Shown: positions 1 through 13,271, numbered from the stretch's first letter. The stretch is 64,000 nucleotides of DNA from Octopus vulgaris (GCA_951406725.2 OX597819.1:94364001-94428000); one strand, 5' to 3'. Numbers and translations: made by a program. Notes: generated by a model not told the origin, from the sequence alone.

Positions 1-173
1 ATTTGTTCAACTAAAGGCAGTGCTCCAGCATGGCTGCAGTCAAATGACTGAAACAAATAAAAGAATACAGTCATGCATGCATGTAAACATATAAAACCAC
101 TCAGACACAAGCACACTCACACATATATCTGTACATATATATAAACATATATACACATTATATATATACATAC

Positions 174-210
<37 letters not shown>

Positions 211-277
211 GCATGTATTCTTGTGTGTAAATAAATATGTATATAGATGGTTGTGTGTGTATAGATTTATTTGTATG

Positions 278-320
<43 letters not shown>

Positions 321-631
321 CAGTATTAATTCTATTTGATGTTCTCAAATCTTTTCAGAGATCTAAACAGAATATAAAATTGACTATGTTTTCTCTGATA
401 AATACCCACTCCATAAATGGAGCAAATCATATTTTACTCACTCTCCTTTTTTCTATCTCTTTCATCATATACATACATACATACATACATACATACATAC
501 AATACAATACATAATACATACATACATACATACATACATGTGTATGTGTACGTGTGTGTGTGTACGTGTGTGTACATGTATATATACATACATTTTATAT
601 ATGTGTGTGTGTGTGTATGTACATAAAGTAC

Positions 632-789
632 AGGCATGGCAGTGTGGTTAAGAAACCTACTTCACAACTATGTGGTCTTGAGTTCTGTCCCACTGCATAG
701 CACTTGGCCACTTGTTTTCTACTACAGTAGACTTGGCAGATCGAATCCTTATGAATGGATTTGGTTAATAGAAACTAAAAGAAACCCAT

Positions 790-790
<1 letters not shown>
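632..790 (+). mobile_element. tRNA-derived SINE, family A (ggcatggc.gtgtggtaagaag... head)
   Basis: A-box/B-box-like head and body ending in gaaact.aaagaa.ccc. Related copies lie at about 26451, 30255-30418(-), 34630-34790(-), 35725, 45050-45210(-), 48530, 50530 and 51110. Confidence 0.7.
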
Positions 791-855
<65 letters not shown>

Positions 856-869
856 AATACATATATATG

Positions 870-1532
870 TATTTACTTGCAGTTAAATATATGTCCGGTC
901 ATAGAGCGACCAATGGTTTCACATCCATAAAGCTAAGTGCTTTATAGATGACTCGTCAGACTCTAATGGTAGAGGGCATATAAACCCTCTTCAAATGGAG
1001 GCTGAAATCCATTGTGGTCAGTTAATTTGTCAACAAAGAATAAAATACTGTTTGAGGTTTAGCCAGGATAAGTTATTTCTCTTAGACCAGTTCTGTTGAA
1101 AAAGGATTTCAGGGGTAAACAAGAAATCTCCACCCTTAGGCTATTTCCAATCTGCATGGACTCTTTCCAGTTCTAATCGATGAATGGGGAATCCATTGCC
1201 TGCAGCAGGTAGCATTTGAAATGTCTAGAATTTAAGAGAGATTCTGGGTCAGGGAGTCTTTAAGGATCCTTGTTTGCTCTGCTATGCAAAGTTTGCATCT
1301 TTTGTTCCCATTTATGCAGGACCCCAACTGCTCTGAGATCATCCATTTAATTTCTTATGAGGTTCCTTCATCCTTAAGGTGCTATACATGGCTGGCCAGG
1401 GACGTGACATACTGTCTTTCCAAACCCCTGAAAGACGACCTGTGGTTGTATAAGTGCCACTTAAAGGTAGTTCTGACTGACCCGTTATATTTCTAAACTT
1501 GAGTGCTGGTTGTGTTCATACCACCTCTGAAG
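870..1532 (-). mobile_element. Penelope-like element 3' fragment (GIY-YIG endonuclease relic plus 3' end with hammerhead)
   Basis: Minus-strand translation reads KYNGSVRTTFKWHLYNHRSSF...VTSLASHV*HLKDEGTS*EIKWMI...KRCKLCIAEQTRIL. This matches the PLE endonuclease pattern (YxG, H..SF, TxL, WxI, CxLC), with stops. It is flanked by CA/TA microsatellite. Confidence 0.8.
902..965 (-). ncRNA. type I hammerhead ribozyme (canonical core)
   Basis: Minus strand: UAGAGU-CUGACGA-gu-CAUCUAUAAAGC(acuua)GCUUUAUGGAUG-u-GAAA-CCauuGG-UC-GCUCUA. Stems I, II and III, CUGANGA, GAAA and a GUC site are all present. Confidence 0.85.
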
Positions 1533-1545
1533 TATATACATATAT

Positions 1546-1718
1546 CATCATCATCCTCATCATCATCGTTTAATGTCCGCTTTCCATGCTAGCATGGGTT
1601 GGACGATTTTGACTGAGGGCTGGTGAACCAGATGGCTGCATCAGGCTCCAATCTTGATTTGGCAGAGTTTCTACAGCTGGATGCCCTTCCTAATGCCAAC
1701 CACTCCAAGAGTGTAGTA
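1546..1718 (-). mobile_element. SINE/LINE 3' fragment with (GAT)n tail, family B
   Basis: catcatcgtttaatgtccg.ttttccatgctagcatggg...ggatgcccttcctaatgccaaccac. Relatives lie at about 5690-5890(+), 27075-27225(-), 30620-30850(-), 34118-34306(+), 42600-42720, 44810-45010 and 49345-49538(+). Confidence 0.7.
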
Positions 1719-1722
1719 TATA

Positions 1723-1753
<31 letters not shown>

Positions 1754-2493
1754 CATCATCATCATCATATATATCAAGATGTACAGAATATGAATGTTTC
1801 TTCATTCATATCTCTTTGGTTTACCCTTCCATAATCATACTGGATCTTCTAAAATAACTGACTTTTTCATTAAGCTGATACTCAAAATATAAATTAACCC
1901 AAGATTCTTGCCTGAAATGAGGCTGGAAGGTTTATCTTGAAATATGAACAGTTTAAAACAAACACTTTTGAATGATAGAATAAAGGGCAGCTTCAGATAT
2001 ATTTGAGAAACAACTCTGTTAAAATATAAATTATTTAAACATTTTTATGATAAGCTATTGCCATTCAAATTTTTATATGCTGTTAGATTAAGGCGGTTAA
2101 AAGTGATGATTTAATGTTCGGAAGTTAAGTGATAAAGACCGATGGGTACGAGCCTTTAATGTTTTCCATTAACCAAATCAAGGGAATGAAAAATGGTTAT
2201 TGTGTCAAGAGTATTAACTTTGAATGTATGCCCATTAAGGGAATGAACTACAGTAGTCACATCAATGAATGTTAAGTGGAAGAACACTATATAATTCTGC
2301 CAACCTCACCTCAGATGCTTACTTTAGTGTTGAGGACAAAATGTTGGTAATGGATGTCAGACCGAGCACACCGGATTGGATCTGACACCAGTATCTAAGT
2401 GTTTCTCAATGTATGGGTATGTGTATATGTGTACATAGATAGATACACACTAACACATACATACACAATACACACACATATATAGTGTGTATA

Positions 2494-2536
<43 letters not shown>

Positions 2537-2598
2537 CACATACACATGCACATACTCAAAAGCATGTAATCTTTGTCTGGACACACACATACATATAA

Positions 2599-2693
<95 letters not shown>

Positions 2694-2694
2694 C

Positions 2695-2747
<53 letters not shown>

Positions 2748-2929
2748 CATGCTCAAAAACATGTAACCTTTGCCTGGAAGACATACTAGAAATGATATAT
2801 TACTATGATAACATCTTCAACAAACACTCTGAAATTATTTTAACATGTAACCATAGACTATAAAACTCATTTCTGGAATTTAGTAAGAATATGTGATATC
2901 TTATGTTATATCAATCCTTTATATGTACG

Positions 2930-3148
2930 TGTGTCTATATGTTTATAAGTCTGTGTTTGTCCCCCCAACATCGCTTGACAACCGATGCTGGTGTATTTAT
3001 GTCCCTGTAACTTAGCGGTTCGGCAAAAGAGACTGATAGAATAAGTACTAGGCTTACAAAGAATAAGTCCTGGAGTCGATTTGCTCGACTAAAGGCGGTA
3101 CTCCAGCATGGCCACAGTCAAATGACTGAAACATGTAAAAGAAAAAAA
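2930..3148 (+). mobile_element. SINE 3' part with ggcggtgctccagcatggcc.cagtcaaatgactgaaac tail
   Basis: The same tail occurs at 1-68, 12812-12870, 34478-34548(-) and 44035-44085(-). Confidence 0.65.
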
Positions 3149-3149
3149 G

Positions 3150-3440
3150 AAGTAAGACATCCAGCTCAAACAATAACTGATGCAAATTATGCTGATGATT
3201 TAGCTTTGCTCTCTTACACAATATCAAGCCCCACCCAATTACTTCATAGTCTAGAATTAGTTGCACATGATGTTGGAGTTCTTAATTCTAGTGAAACTAA
3301 ATTCATTGCTCACAATCAACAAGGGTCCATCACCAACATCAGTGGAGACTCCATGAATCAAATTGATGATTTCACGCACCTCAGTTCTGAGATAGCCTCA
3401 ACTGAAAAGGATGTGAAAATTTGAACAGCCAAAGCATACA
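3150..3440 (+). pseudogene. non-LTR retrotransposon reverse transcriptase fragment
   Basis: ORF 3122..3424 contains ITDANYADDLALLS (the RT catalytic YADD) followed by a vgl.lN.sKT-like motif and an F.yLgS-like motif. Confidence 0.75.
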
Positions 3441-3843
3441 TTAATTGTAGCTTCATTTCTCTTTTGTTGGGTGTATACACTGAACTCTGAATGAACAGAC
3501 ATAGAGAAAATTTACACAAGAATATAATTGGAAAATGATTTGTGGAATTGTATATAGAGAGGCACATTCGTGAGAGCAAAAATGAGGATATGTTTAAATG
3601 TGTGTTTGTGTGTGTATGCGTGCACGTGTGTGTATGTATATGTACAGATGTATGTACATTAATGCAAAATAAAAAAAATATGTTTAAGGATGCTTGTGAT
3701 TAAATTCTCTTGATTTGACCTACTGTTATAAAGCAAGACAAATCATCAATAGTATGTATGGGCATATGCATGTGTGTGTATAGATGGGTATGATTGTGTG
3801 AATATATGTATGTGTGTACAAACATAGTTGTTATCTGCGTCTA

Positions 3844-3882
<39 letters not shown>

Positions 3883-4375
3883 GTATACACCATGTATACA
3901 CCATATAAATGAATAGACCGGCCATAACTATCTTTATCTAATAAACTCTACTGCTCTATAACTTAGAGTGTGCTTCTCTTTTGGATTTATGATTTATGGA
4001 TGATGGTGGTGATGATGTATGTGTGTGTGTGTGTGTGTGCTTGTGTGTACGTGTTAGGTCCCTGTCAATCAAGCTTTACCATGTATTTATACTTAGGCAG
4101 GCTTTGGCAAGGATTTTTTTTTTTATGGGCAATCAGCAGTTGTCCATGCAACAATTCTCATCTTGTCACCACCAATATTCTCCCAAAATAAAGTAATTGC
4201 TTTTATAACCTGACGCTAGTGTCATCACATGTGAACTCAGAATATAAAGAGCCCCTGAAAAAATGCCACAAACCATTTTGCCCAATTCTCTAATGTTTCT
4301 GCTACTTTACCATCCAGGACTGGTGCTTTAATACTTTAATTTATCAAGTTCAGATTGATAAAAAAGTATATACAC

Positions 4376-4429
<54 letters not shown>

Positions 4430-4513
4430 TTCTAGTTAATAAATCATAATGTATACACTTGGTAGCTTACCAAGTGTATACAAGGTACTTTCACTTTCTC
4501 GGTGTTCATAGGG

Positions 4514-4890
4514 TATTTGATTAATCAGAGAGATGGATGATACAAGAATGTTTATTGATCACTGCAATTGTTTCAACCCATCCAGCATCAATTTGTTTCT
4601 TTTTGCATCTGATATTTGTTATTGATCTTCTATAATAATGAAGTTGTAACACTTAATCTTCTGCTTTTATATAACATATGCCAAGAAGAAATCTGGCAGA
4701 ACAAATGTCATTCTAATGAGACACATCATGTAATCACCTGAGGAGACACATCTACACCAACAGACACATCTAAACGAGATGTTCAGTATCCAACCCATGG
4801 GGAAATGATGGTAGATGAGTTAAAACAATTGTAGTGATCAATAAACATTCTCGTATCTTCCATCTTCCATCTGTCTCATTAATCAAATAT
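4514..4890. mobile_element. non-coding fold-back element with hammerhead (Penelope pLTR-like)
   Basis: Diverged inverted arms at 4514-4590 and 4806-4890. The right end abuts (TA)n and a (TG)n tract lies about 90 bp to the left. A hammerhead motif lies at 4733-4838. Confidence 0.65.
4733..4838 (+). ncRNA. hammerhead ribozyme, degenerate, with long stem II insertion
   Basis: AUCAC-CUGAGGA-GACACAUCUAC...GUAGAUGAGUU-AAAA-CAAUUG-UA-GUGAU. GAAA is mutated to AAAA here but is intact in the inverted copy (tttc at 4571-4574). Confidence 0.6.
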
Positions 4891-5006
4891 ATATATACTG
4901 TTGTATTTAGGAATGGTCATTTTGCTAGTTTAGCCAATATATAAACGTATATATAATATATAAACGTAATATATATATATGTATGTATGTATGTATGTGT
5001 AAATAT

Positions 5007-5306
5007 ATAGAATATATAATTTTATAAGCATATTTTTAAATCCACAAGGGCAAAAAATGAGTTTTACAACAGGTTAAGCTACATGCTGAAAGATGCCAAA
5101 TGGCACAAATCTACCTTACGTAAACATGCACTAAAAGTAAGGAAAATGAATGAATAGATTCATGAATTGGTTCAGCTATGGATCAATTGATTTCAGAATG
5201 ACAGGGAAAAAACCCGTTCTTCCTCATGTGGCTTGGCTTGTTGTAAGAATCACGTTTTGCTCTCATTATGGTTTTATAAATATACTAATAAAATTATATA
5301 TTCTAT
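5007..5306. repeat. fold-back element, about 85-bp diverged arms
   Basis: atagaatatataattttata...ttttacaacagg pairs with cttgttgtaag...aaaattatatattctat. It lies between TA-rich microsatellites. Confidence 0.6.
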
Positions 5307-6204
5307 TAATTTTTTACCCTAACAACACTAAATCAATGGTAAGATCCCTAGGTAAAATCTGATATAGATTTTATCCTTAAATTTAATAAGTATATATATA
5401 TATATATATATATATATCACCCTCATAATCATCATCTTTATTGTCTATGTTCCTCCATACCTTGAAATTTGAAGCTTCACCTTGACACCTCATCACCACT
5501 AAATTTGTTGCTTTCTACTCTGCCCAATCTTTCCCGCCCTCTCTTCTAAATTGTGAGTAGTCATGTAGTTCCTTTTTAGTAAGAAACCTGCTTTGCTCTT
5601 GCCCTTTTCTCTCATACTTAACCCCTCTCTACTTCTCATATCCAAGTATAAAGTTGTTCCCCTTAGGGTTTGTAGTTTAGCAAGCTTCATGGTAACTTCA
5701 CCAGTGTTGGTGACACATAAAAAGAACCATGTACATGCTTAAAGTGGTTGGTATTAGGAAGGGCATCCAACTGTAGAAACTAAACCAAGGTAGACACAGG
5801 GGCATGATGTAGTGCTTGAGTCCGTCAGATCTTATCAAACCATCCAACTATGCCAGTATGGAAAATGGGCATTAATTGATGATGACAATGATGTATGTAT
5901 GTATGTATGTATGTATGTATGTATGTATGTATGTATGTATGTATGTGAGTGTGTGTGAGTATGTATGTATGTGTGTATGTATGTATGTATGTATGTATGT
6001 ATGTGATGAATATTTACATAAAATAATTAGTCTTACAGCCCTTAGGAGAGGAAGAACTCAATATAAGTTATTTGTGGAATAAAAATTTTATTTATTGTGG
6101 GGGAATAGGAAAGCTGAATACCTCTCAAGAACCAGTTGTTTCATTTTGAGCAAAAGAATCTTTGAATTGAAGATTTCTTTGCCCAAGATGAAACCACTGC
6201 TTGT

Positions 6205-6259
<55 letters not shown>

Positions 6260-6784
6260 GAGTGAGAGATTTATACATTAATTAAAAACAGGCATCAACT
6301 ATATGCACACACATACATACATATACACATTAGAAATATTAACTTCTATTTCCTTTTCAGCATGAATATTCCCAATAATGCTGGCATGATTTCTCAGCCA
6401 CAAATTTTGCTTCTTTTCATTGGTTTTTGAAGGAATTATTTGCACTGTTATGTATATTCATCATACAGCATTGATGCATTGTTGTTTTCATTTCATCTTT
6501 TTTCTTTTTCTTTTTTTTTGATCTTTTGATTAGACTGTGATGAGCTCTTAACTACCTTAAAGTTTCTAATATTATTATTATCATTATCATCATTTGTTGT
6601 TGCTTTGTATATTCTTTTCCATGTCATTTATTGATACTTTTAAACGATTTTATTGTGGTGTTAGTATAATTTTTTCATTTTGTATTTAAAACTATTATGG
6701 CATGTATATTAACAATTATATATACATGTTATATATACATATGTATATATATATATATGCTTTTATATACATATATATACATAC

Positions 6785-6857
<73 letters not shown>

Positions 6858-6939
6858 TATATATGTATATATATATATATATATACATATATATGTATGT
6901 ATATATTTATATATATATATGTATATATATGTATATATT

Positions 6940-6991
<52 letters not shown>

Positions 6992-7074
6992 ATATATATG
7001 CTTATTTAATATATACAGACATAAATATATACATATATATATATATTTATGCATGTATATATATACATACATAT

Positions 7075-7141
<67 letters not shown>

Positions 7142-7265
7142 ATGTGTGTATGTGTCTTTATGTGTATACATACAGTGTGTATTCATTCCTGTTTGTATGA
7201 ATACCTGAATACATGTATACATGTACATACATACATATATTTGTATACGTATTTACATGTATGTA

Positions 7266-7298
<33 letters not shown>

Positions 7299-7333
7299 CA
7301 TAGATATATATATATAATATGTATATACATATA

Positions 7334-7388
<55 letters not shown>

Positions 7389-7563
7389 GTATGTATATGT
7401 ATATATGAATATAAACGTTTGTGTGTGTATGTGTCTCTGTATGTATTTGTATCTAGTAGTTTAGTCGCTGTTATTACTGCTGTCACCAATGCTGACTTCT
7501 GTGCATTTACCCTTCCCTAACATGAAGTCTTTTACAAGTCTGTACTAACATCTTACTCACCAG

Positions 7564-7668
7564 GAGACTTACAAATACAAAGAACTAGATGATGACATTG
7601 AGGAAGAATTTAGGCAAGAACTGCGCGATATTCTCGTACGAGAGAAACAGGAGATGTACGAATTGAAG
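7564..7668 (+). CDS. candidate alternative (mutually exclusive) exon of Cav3 proximal C-terminus: ETYKYKELDDDIEEEFRQELRDILVREKQEMYELK
   Basis: Acceptor ttactcaccag and donor AAG|gtgaga. 105 nt, phase 0-0, open frame. The peptide aligns without gaps to the exon at 47068. Confidence 0.65.
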
Positions 7669-7956
7669 GTGAGATGGGCACAACAAACTACATGTATGAG
7701 TAAAGCTTTGATAATGTGCCAAATGTGTCACCATGCCACTAGTATTGAGTACTTAGTCTTCAAAACGTACACACCAGATAGCTGTATTAGAGTGACAGTA
7801 TATATATATATTCATCACGGTGCTTTCAGTATTGAATGCTCAGATGTGTGCCAATATATACAACAGAACAGCTTTATTGGAACAATATTCTTGGAATCTC
7901 AATTACTATTATTATTATAAATACAATGATTATTGTCATTATCATTTTTATTATCG

Positions 7957-8020
<64 letters not shown>

Positions 8021-8035
8021 CATTATTATTATTAA

Positions 8036-8295
8036 AAGGGCAGTGAGCTGGACGAATTGATAGTGATGCCAGGCAAATTGCTTAGCAGTATTTTGCCTGT
8101 CACTATGTTCTGAGTTCAAATTCTGCCGAGGTCGACTTTGCCATTCATCCTTTCAGGGTCGATAAATTAAGTAGCAATGAATTACTAGGATCGATGCAAT
8201 CAACTAGTCCGAAAAAAAAATTTCAAGCCTTGTGTCAATAGTAGTAAGGATTATTATAATGATTATTGTCATTATCGTTTTTATTATTATTATTA

Positions 8296-8350
<55 letters not shown>

Positions 8351-8445
8351 TTCTTTTATTAGTCATGAGGGCTCACATAAAATAACATTAAATGACATGC
8401 AACAACATAAAAAAGTAAAACAGGACAATACATGAATTATTATTA

Positions 8446-8477
<32 letters not shown>

Positions 8478-8509
8478 CATTATTATTATTATTATCATCA
8501 TCATCATCA

Positions 8510-8595
<86 letters not shown>

Positions 8596-8847
8596 ACTAT
8601 TATTATTATTATTATTATTGTTATTATTAAAAGGACAGCAAGCTGGAAGAATCAATAGTGATGCCAGGCAAAAAGCTTAGCAGCATTTCGCCCAGCCTTA
8701 CGTTCTCAATTCAAATCCTGCCAAGGTTAACTTTGCCTTTCATCCTTTCAAGATCAATAAAATAAGTACCAGTTGAATACTGGGACTGATGTAACTGACT
8801 ACACTCTCTTGTAAAATTTCAGGCTTTGTACCTATAGTAGGAAAGAT
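8036..8847 (+). mobile_element. two tRNA-derived SINEs, family C (gcctttcatcctttcggggtcgataa core), separated by (ATT)n
   Basis: Copies at about 8036-8250 and 8631-8847, each with a gagttcaaat B-box-like motif and the conserved core. Confidence 0.75.
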
Positions 8848-9136
8848 AATGTTATTATCTTTACTTTTCCTTTAATATTGGCTAGATAACAAATAGCTGC
8901 CAAGAAACAACAGTAACCTTGGACAGGCATTGTAGTGTAATGTTATCGTTCAACACAGCCTTCAGTCCTGTTGGGTTTTCATTTTTAGCTTAAGTAGTAA
9001 AACAGAGGGAAGAGAAAAATTGCTTAATTTATATCTATTTATTATAATCATAAATTATCAATAGACATAAACTTAGCAATAACAAGAACAATAACTATGA
9101 TTATCATCATCATCATCATCATCATCATTATTATTA

Positions 9137-9200
<64 letters not shown>

Positions 9201-9637
9201 TATTATTACTGTTATTGTCTGTAAATAGCAATACCATTTTAAGTGTAACTAAGATACTTAATTAAATTCCTTAAAAATTAATTTTATGATTCTTTTTTTT
9301 AATTAAACTTTAAAATCTCAATATTAATTAAGAAATATTATATAAACATCAGATTAAGAGGAGGTAGGGTGGAAAAGACATCGAACTGCTATTTTAGATT
9401 TGAGTTGCGCTAAGAATTATATTTCTAAATTAAAATTTTTCTTATTTTAGAGAATTCAATGAAAGCAAAACAAAACAAATTACTTAGTTTGTATTTTAAA
9501 TGTTTGTTTTTTTGGGGTTTTTTGAGATATTAATAATAGAGCTTGTTTTTCATGAATATATATTGAGAGAATTTGATTGGCTTAAACGTCAAGCATACAT
9601 ACATACATAAATGTGCATATATGTATATATATAAATG

Positions 9638-9708
<71 letters not shown>

Positions 9709-10884
9709 CAATCTTTATGTGTATGTTTGTTTGTGCATGTGTTTGTTAGTTCAACTCATGCTAGCATGGAAAACGGACACTAAATGATGATGATGATGTA
9801 GACAGACAGACTGTTTATCATCACACATGATTCTTTATACCCTCAGAAAAAAGGTTTTCAGTAGAGAAAACTATGTATGCATTACTTCTTTATTCATTTC
9901 TGGCTTCAGGGATAATTAATGTCCTCGAGCAAGATCAGTACTATATAGAGCAAGCACGAGCAACTTTTTACAAGAAGCAGACCGTATAAGACAAGACTCA
10001 TTATCAAGCACTACTAAAAATATTCAAAGTAATTTTCCATTGGCACGCATTTAGAAAGTTGCTTGGGCTGCAGGTTTCCAATGACTGATATAGAGGATGC
10101 TCCAGTAAGTCAAACTTCAGTTTCTGGAAGATTTCACAATATGGGAACAGGCATTGTTATGATGTATCATTGTAGTGTTGTATTTATGTTATGTCACCAG
10201 TGACATTTTTTTTTCCAAGATGTTACCTTGGTTATCATATGGATCCAAATATCATATGCAAATTTCAAAGCAGTTTTGTTTGTGCAATTCTGTGGTTTGT
10301 TTTTGGCCCTGTTTTGCATTAAATTTATTCAAGCCAAGTCTGTTGTAAATGATTTCATAATCTTGGACTATCACTGTCATCACCTTTGAAGGGCTGCCAT
10401 AAGCATAAGTAAAAACTATGGCTAATTTGCATATTTTTTGCCACTTCCTAAATAATCACATCAAGAAATCAGTCACCGTTGTCATTAGCAAAAAATATAA
10501 TCTGAAGTCTAGCTCTTTGTTCATACACAACATTTGTATGTCTAGTTCTTTTGATTTTTCAGTCTGTGAATAGTGGCAAAACATGTTGGATATCAACATC
10601 TAATACACATTCAGCTCAGAGAAAACTTTTCACTGAAATCTGTATTTCTTTGGAGAACACAAAAAACAGAGCAGCCATAGTTATCATAATAACAACAGCA
10701 ATTTAACTGGCATTTCAAGTTTAAATGTGTGCACTAAATACTACAGACCATATATAGTAATACATGAGCAAATTATTTTCCTGCTAATAGGAAAAAGAAT
10801 TGAAGTGCAATGCAGGTATTTAATACTCACACTCATATGTGAGTGTTCAGTTTTCAAATTGACAGTAGAAGTTCTAAATACATA

Positions 10885-10990
10885 TAAGGTTATCTCAACA
10901 GGTTTTCTATAGAAATTATAGCCAGCACTGATTTGTTGTATATTACATGCTGGCTATAATTTCTTTAGAAAATCTGTCAAGATAACCTTA
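10885..10990. repeat. short hairpin / MITE-like inverted repeat
   Basis: Arms of about 43 bp: taaggttatctcaacaggttttctatagaaattatagccagca and tgctggctataatttctttagaaaatctgtcaagataacctta, with about 4 mismatches and a 20-nt loop. Confidence 0.7.
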
Positions 10991-11236
10991 ACAAGTGATT
11001 TAACAGCACTGCTAACACAGTAGAAAACAGTATTGATTTATAAAGCATTTAATATACTTTGTAGTAGATTATGGTTGCCTAACGAAACACAGTGTCCCTA
11101 TAAGTCATTAACATATTAGAGAGTATAAGAGTGATTACTGATTTACATGAAGTTACAGTGAAAAACGAGGATGTAAAACTCAGAGGAACTTAAATTTCAA
11201 ACAGATAGATAGATAGAGAGATACATACATACATAC

Positions 11237-11269
<33 letters not shown>

Positions 11270-11556
11270 TATGTTTCTTTATTAGCCACACAGGGCTGCA
11301 CACAGACAGGACAAATTACAAGGTAGAGCTTTTCTTTTTGGGGATAAAAAAGGGGGTTAGGTTTTCGATCAAAAGGGATCGTAAAAGGAAAGAAAGAGGA
11401 AAGCAAAAAAAAAAGATAGATTGATAGATAGGTAGATAGGTAGGTAGGTAGGTAGGTAGGTAGGTAGGCAGGTAGGCAGGTAGGTAGGCAGGTAGATAAG
11501 TAGGTAAGTAGGTAGGTAGGTAGGTAGGTAGGTAGGTAGGTAAGTAGGTAAGTAGG

Positions 11557-11640
<84 letters not shown>

Positions 11641-12070
11641 CTGGCAGGCAGACATACTAAGTTCAACTCATCATGGGAGAAAGTGTATAGTAAATGAGGT
11701 TCTACTTCTGACTAGTTATACTTTGTTCACATCTAAGCAGCTGTTCTGTTGAAATAAATTGGTTCCTCTGGTTGTTCCCCAGATACACAACAAAGATTTT
11801 GTCATTGCCTCAAACCAGGACAGCTCAAAACACTTTCTGGCTCAAAGGCACTGTCTAGGTGTGAGAAAATTCTACGTTCAGTCATGCCACAAGTTGTTGT
11901 CAGCACTCTCTGTACCTTGCCTGTTTGTTTGTCCACCTTTCATGCAAATGATACAAACTGAAAATAGTACACATCTTCAAATGTCTTAATATTGTCTCAA
12001 TCACATGATCACATGCAGATATATATACACTAACTGAGAAAAATTGGGCAGCACTGACTAAAATATCATA

Positions 12071-12128
<58 letters not shown>

Positions 12129-12222
12129 CACATGTATATACACAAAGATACTTATGAATGTATATGCACTCATATGTATACATGTATATGTATACATATA
12201 TCTATATTTATCTATTTATCAA

Positions 12223-12260
<38 letters not shown>

Positions 12261-12509
12261 CATGCATACATATATGTATGTATATATAAATTTATACATA
12301 TTTATATATGTCTAACTTGACATTTAAACTTTGATATTTTCTTTTCACTTTCTAATGGTATTTCGTATAAATGTAAAATCCATATATATGTATAACATGC
12401 ATATATATGTGTGTATATACATACATATATGATACACGCGCACACACACACATATATATATGCACAATTGCACACATACATATATATCCATATATATATA
12501 TATATATAT

Positions 12510-12565
<56 letters not shown>

Positions 12566-12614
12566 TTATATACATATATATATATATGTACATATATACT
12601 TATACACACATACA

Positions 12615-12870
12615 CACAACTTTTCAACATTCTACCAAACAACCTGGGATTTGCAAGGTGAAGATGTGGAGGTCTTCAAAGAGCATCCGGACAAATTTTT
12701 ATCTGAGATATCAGATGAACCCACATTGCAGCAGGGGCATAAAGAGGAGTAACTCTGCCCAAAAACTCACTACTTCAGAAAGAGTACAGAAAAGAAACCC
12801 AATCACTCTGAAAGGCAGTGCTCCAGCATAGCCTCAGGTTCTGGCTGAAACCAGTAAAAGATAAAAGACA
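12615..12870 (+). pseudogene. LINE (CR1/L2-group-like) ORF2 C-terminus and 3' tail
   Basis: [10 protein letters not shown]...[21 protein letters not shown] resembles the LFN.LP...FK..LD.FL..IPD.P end of CR1/L2-group ORF2. It is followed by the tail shared with SINEs. Confidence 0.6.
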
Positions 12871-13271
12871 AACAAAACATACACATACATACATACATGC
12901 ATACAATGATAGACCAGCACTTAAATATGGCATTATATCATTTATAAAAGCTCATACTTAAACATAAATGTATTTGGCAAATAAAAACTAGTTCTTTTTT
13001 TTCATTGTCAAATGTGTTTATATTGATGTATTTTCTTTTATAAATGATATATGCCATAAGTGCTTGGCCATACTTCATCTTTTTATTACCAGCTCAAGCT
13101 ATACATTTATTACAGCCTGCTCTTGGTCTGCAGAATTATTTTTAACATGATATGGACACTGGATTTTTAAGAATTTGGAGTTGTCCCAGCAGTAATCTGG
13201 TGCTCATCTGTTGTATACTTATACTAGCATCTTCTCACCTAATTTGTGTGTGTATATATATATATATATAT

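Noticed and set aside
9847-9874. 28-nt exon candidate (ctcag...gtatgc)
   Set aside because: It would leave a 35-nt intron to the next acceptor and has a stop in phase 0.
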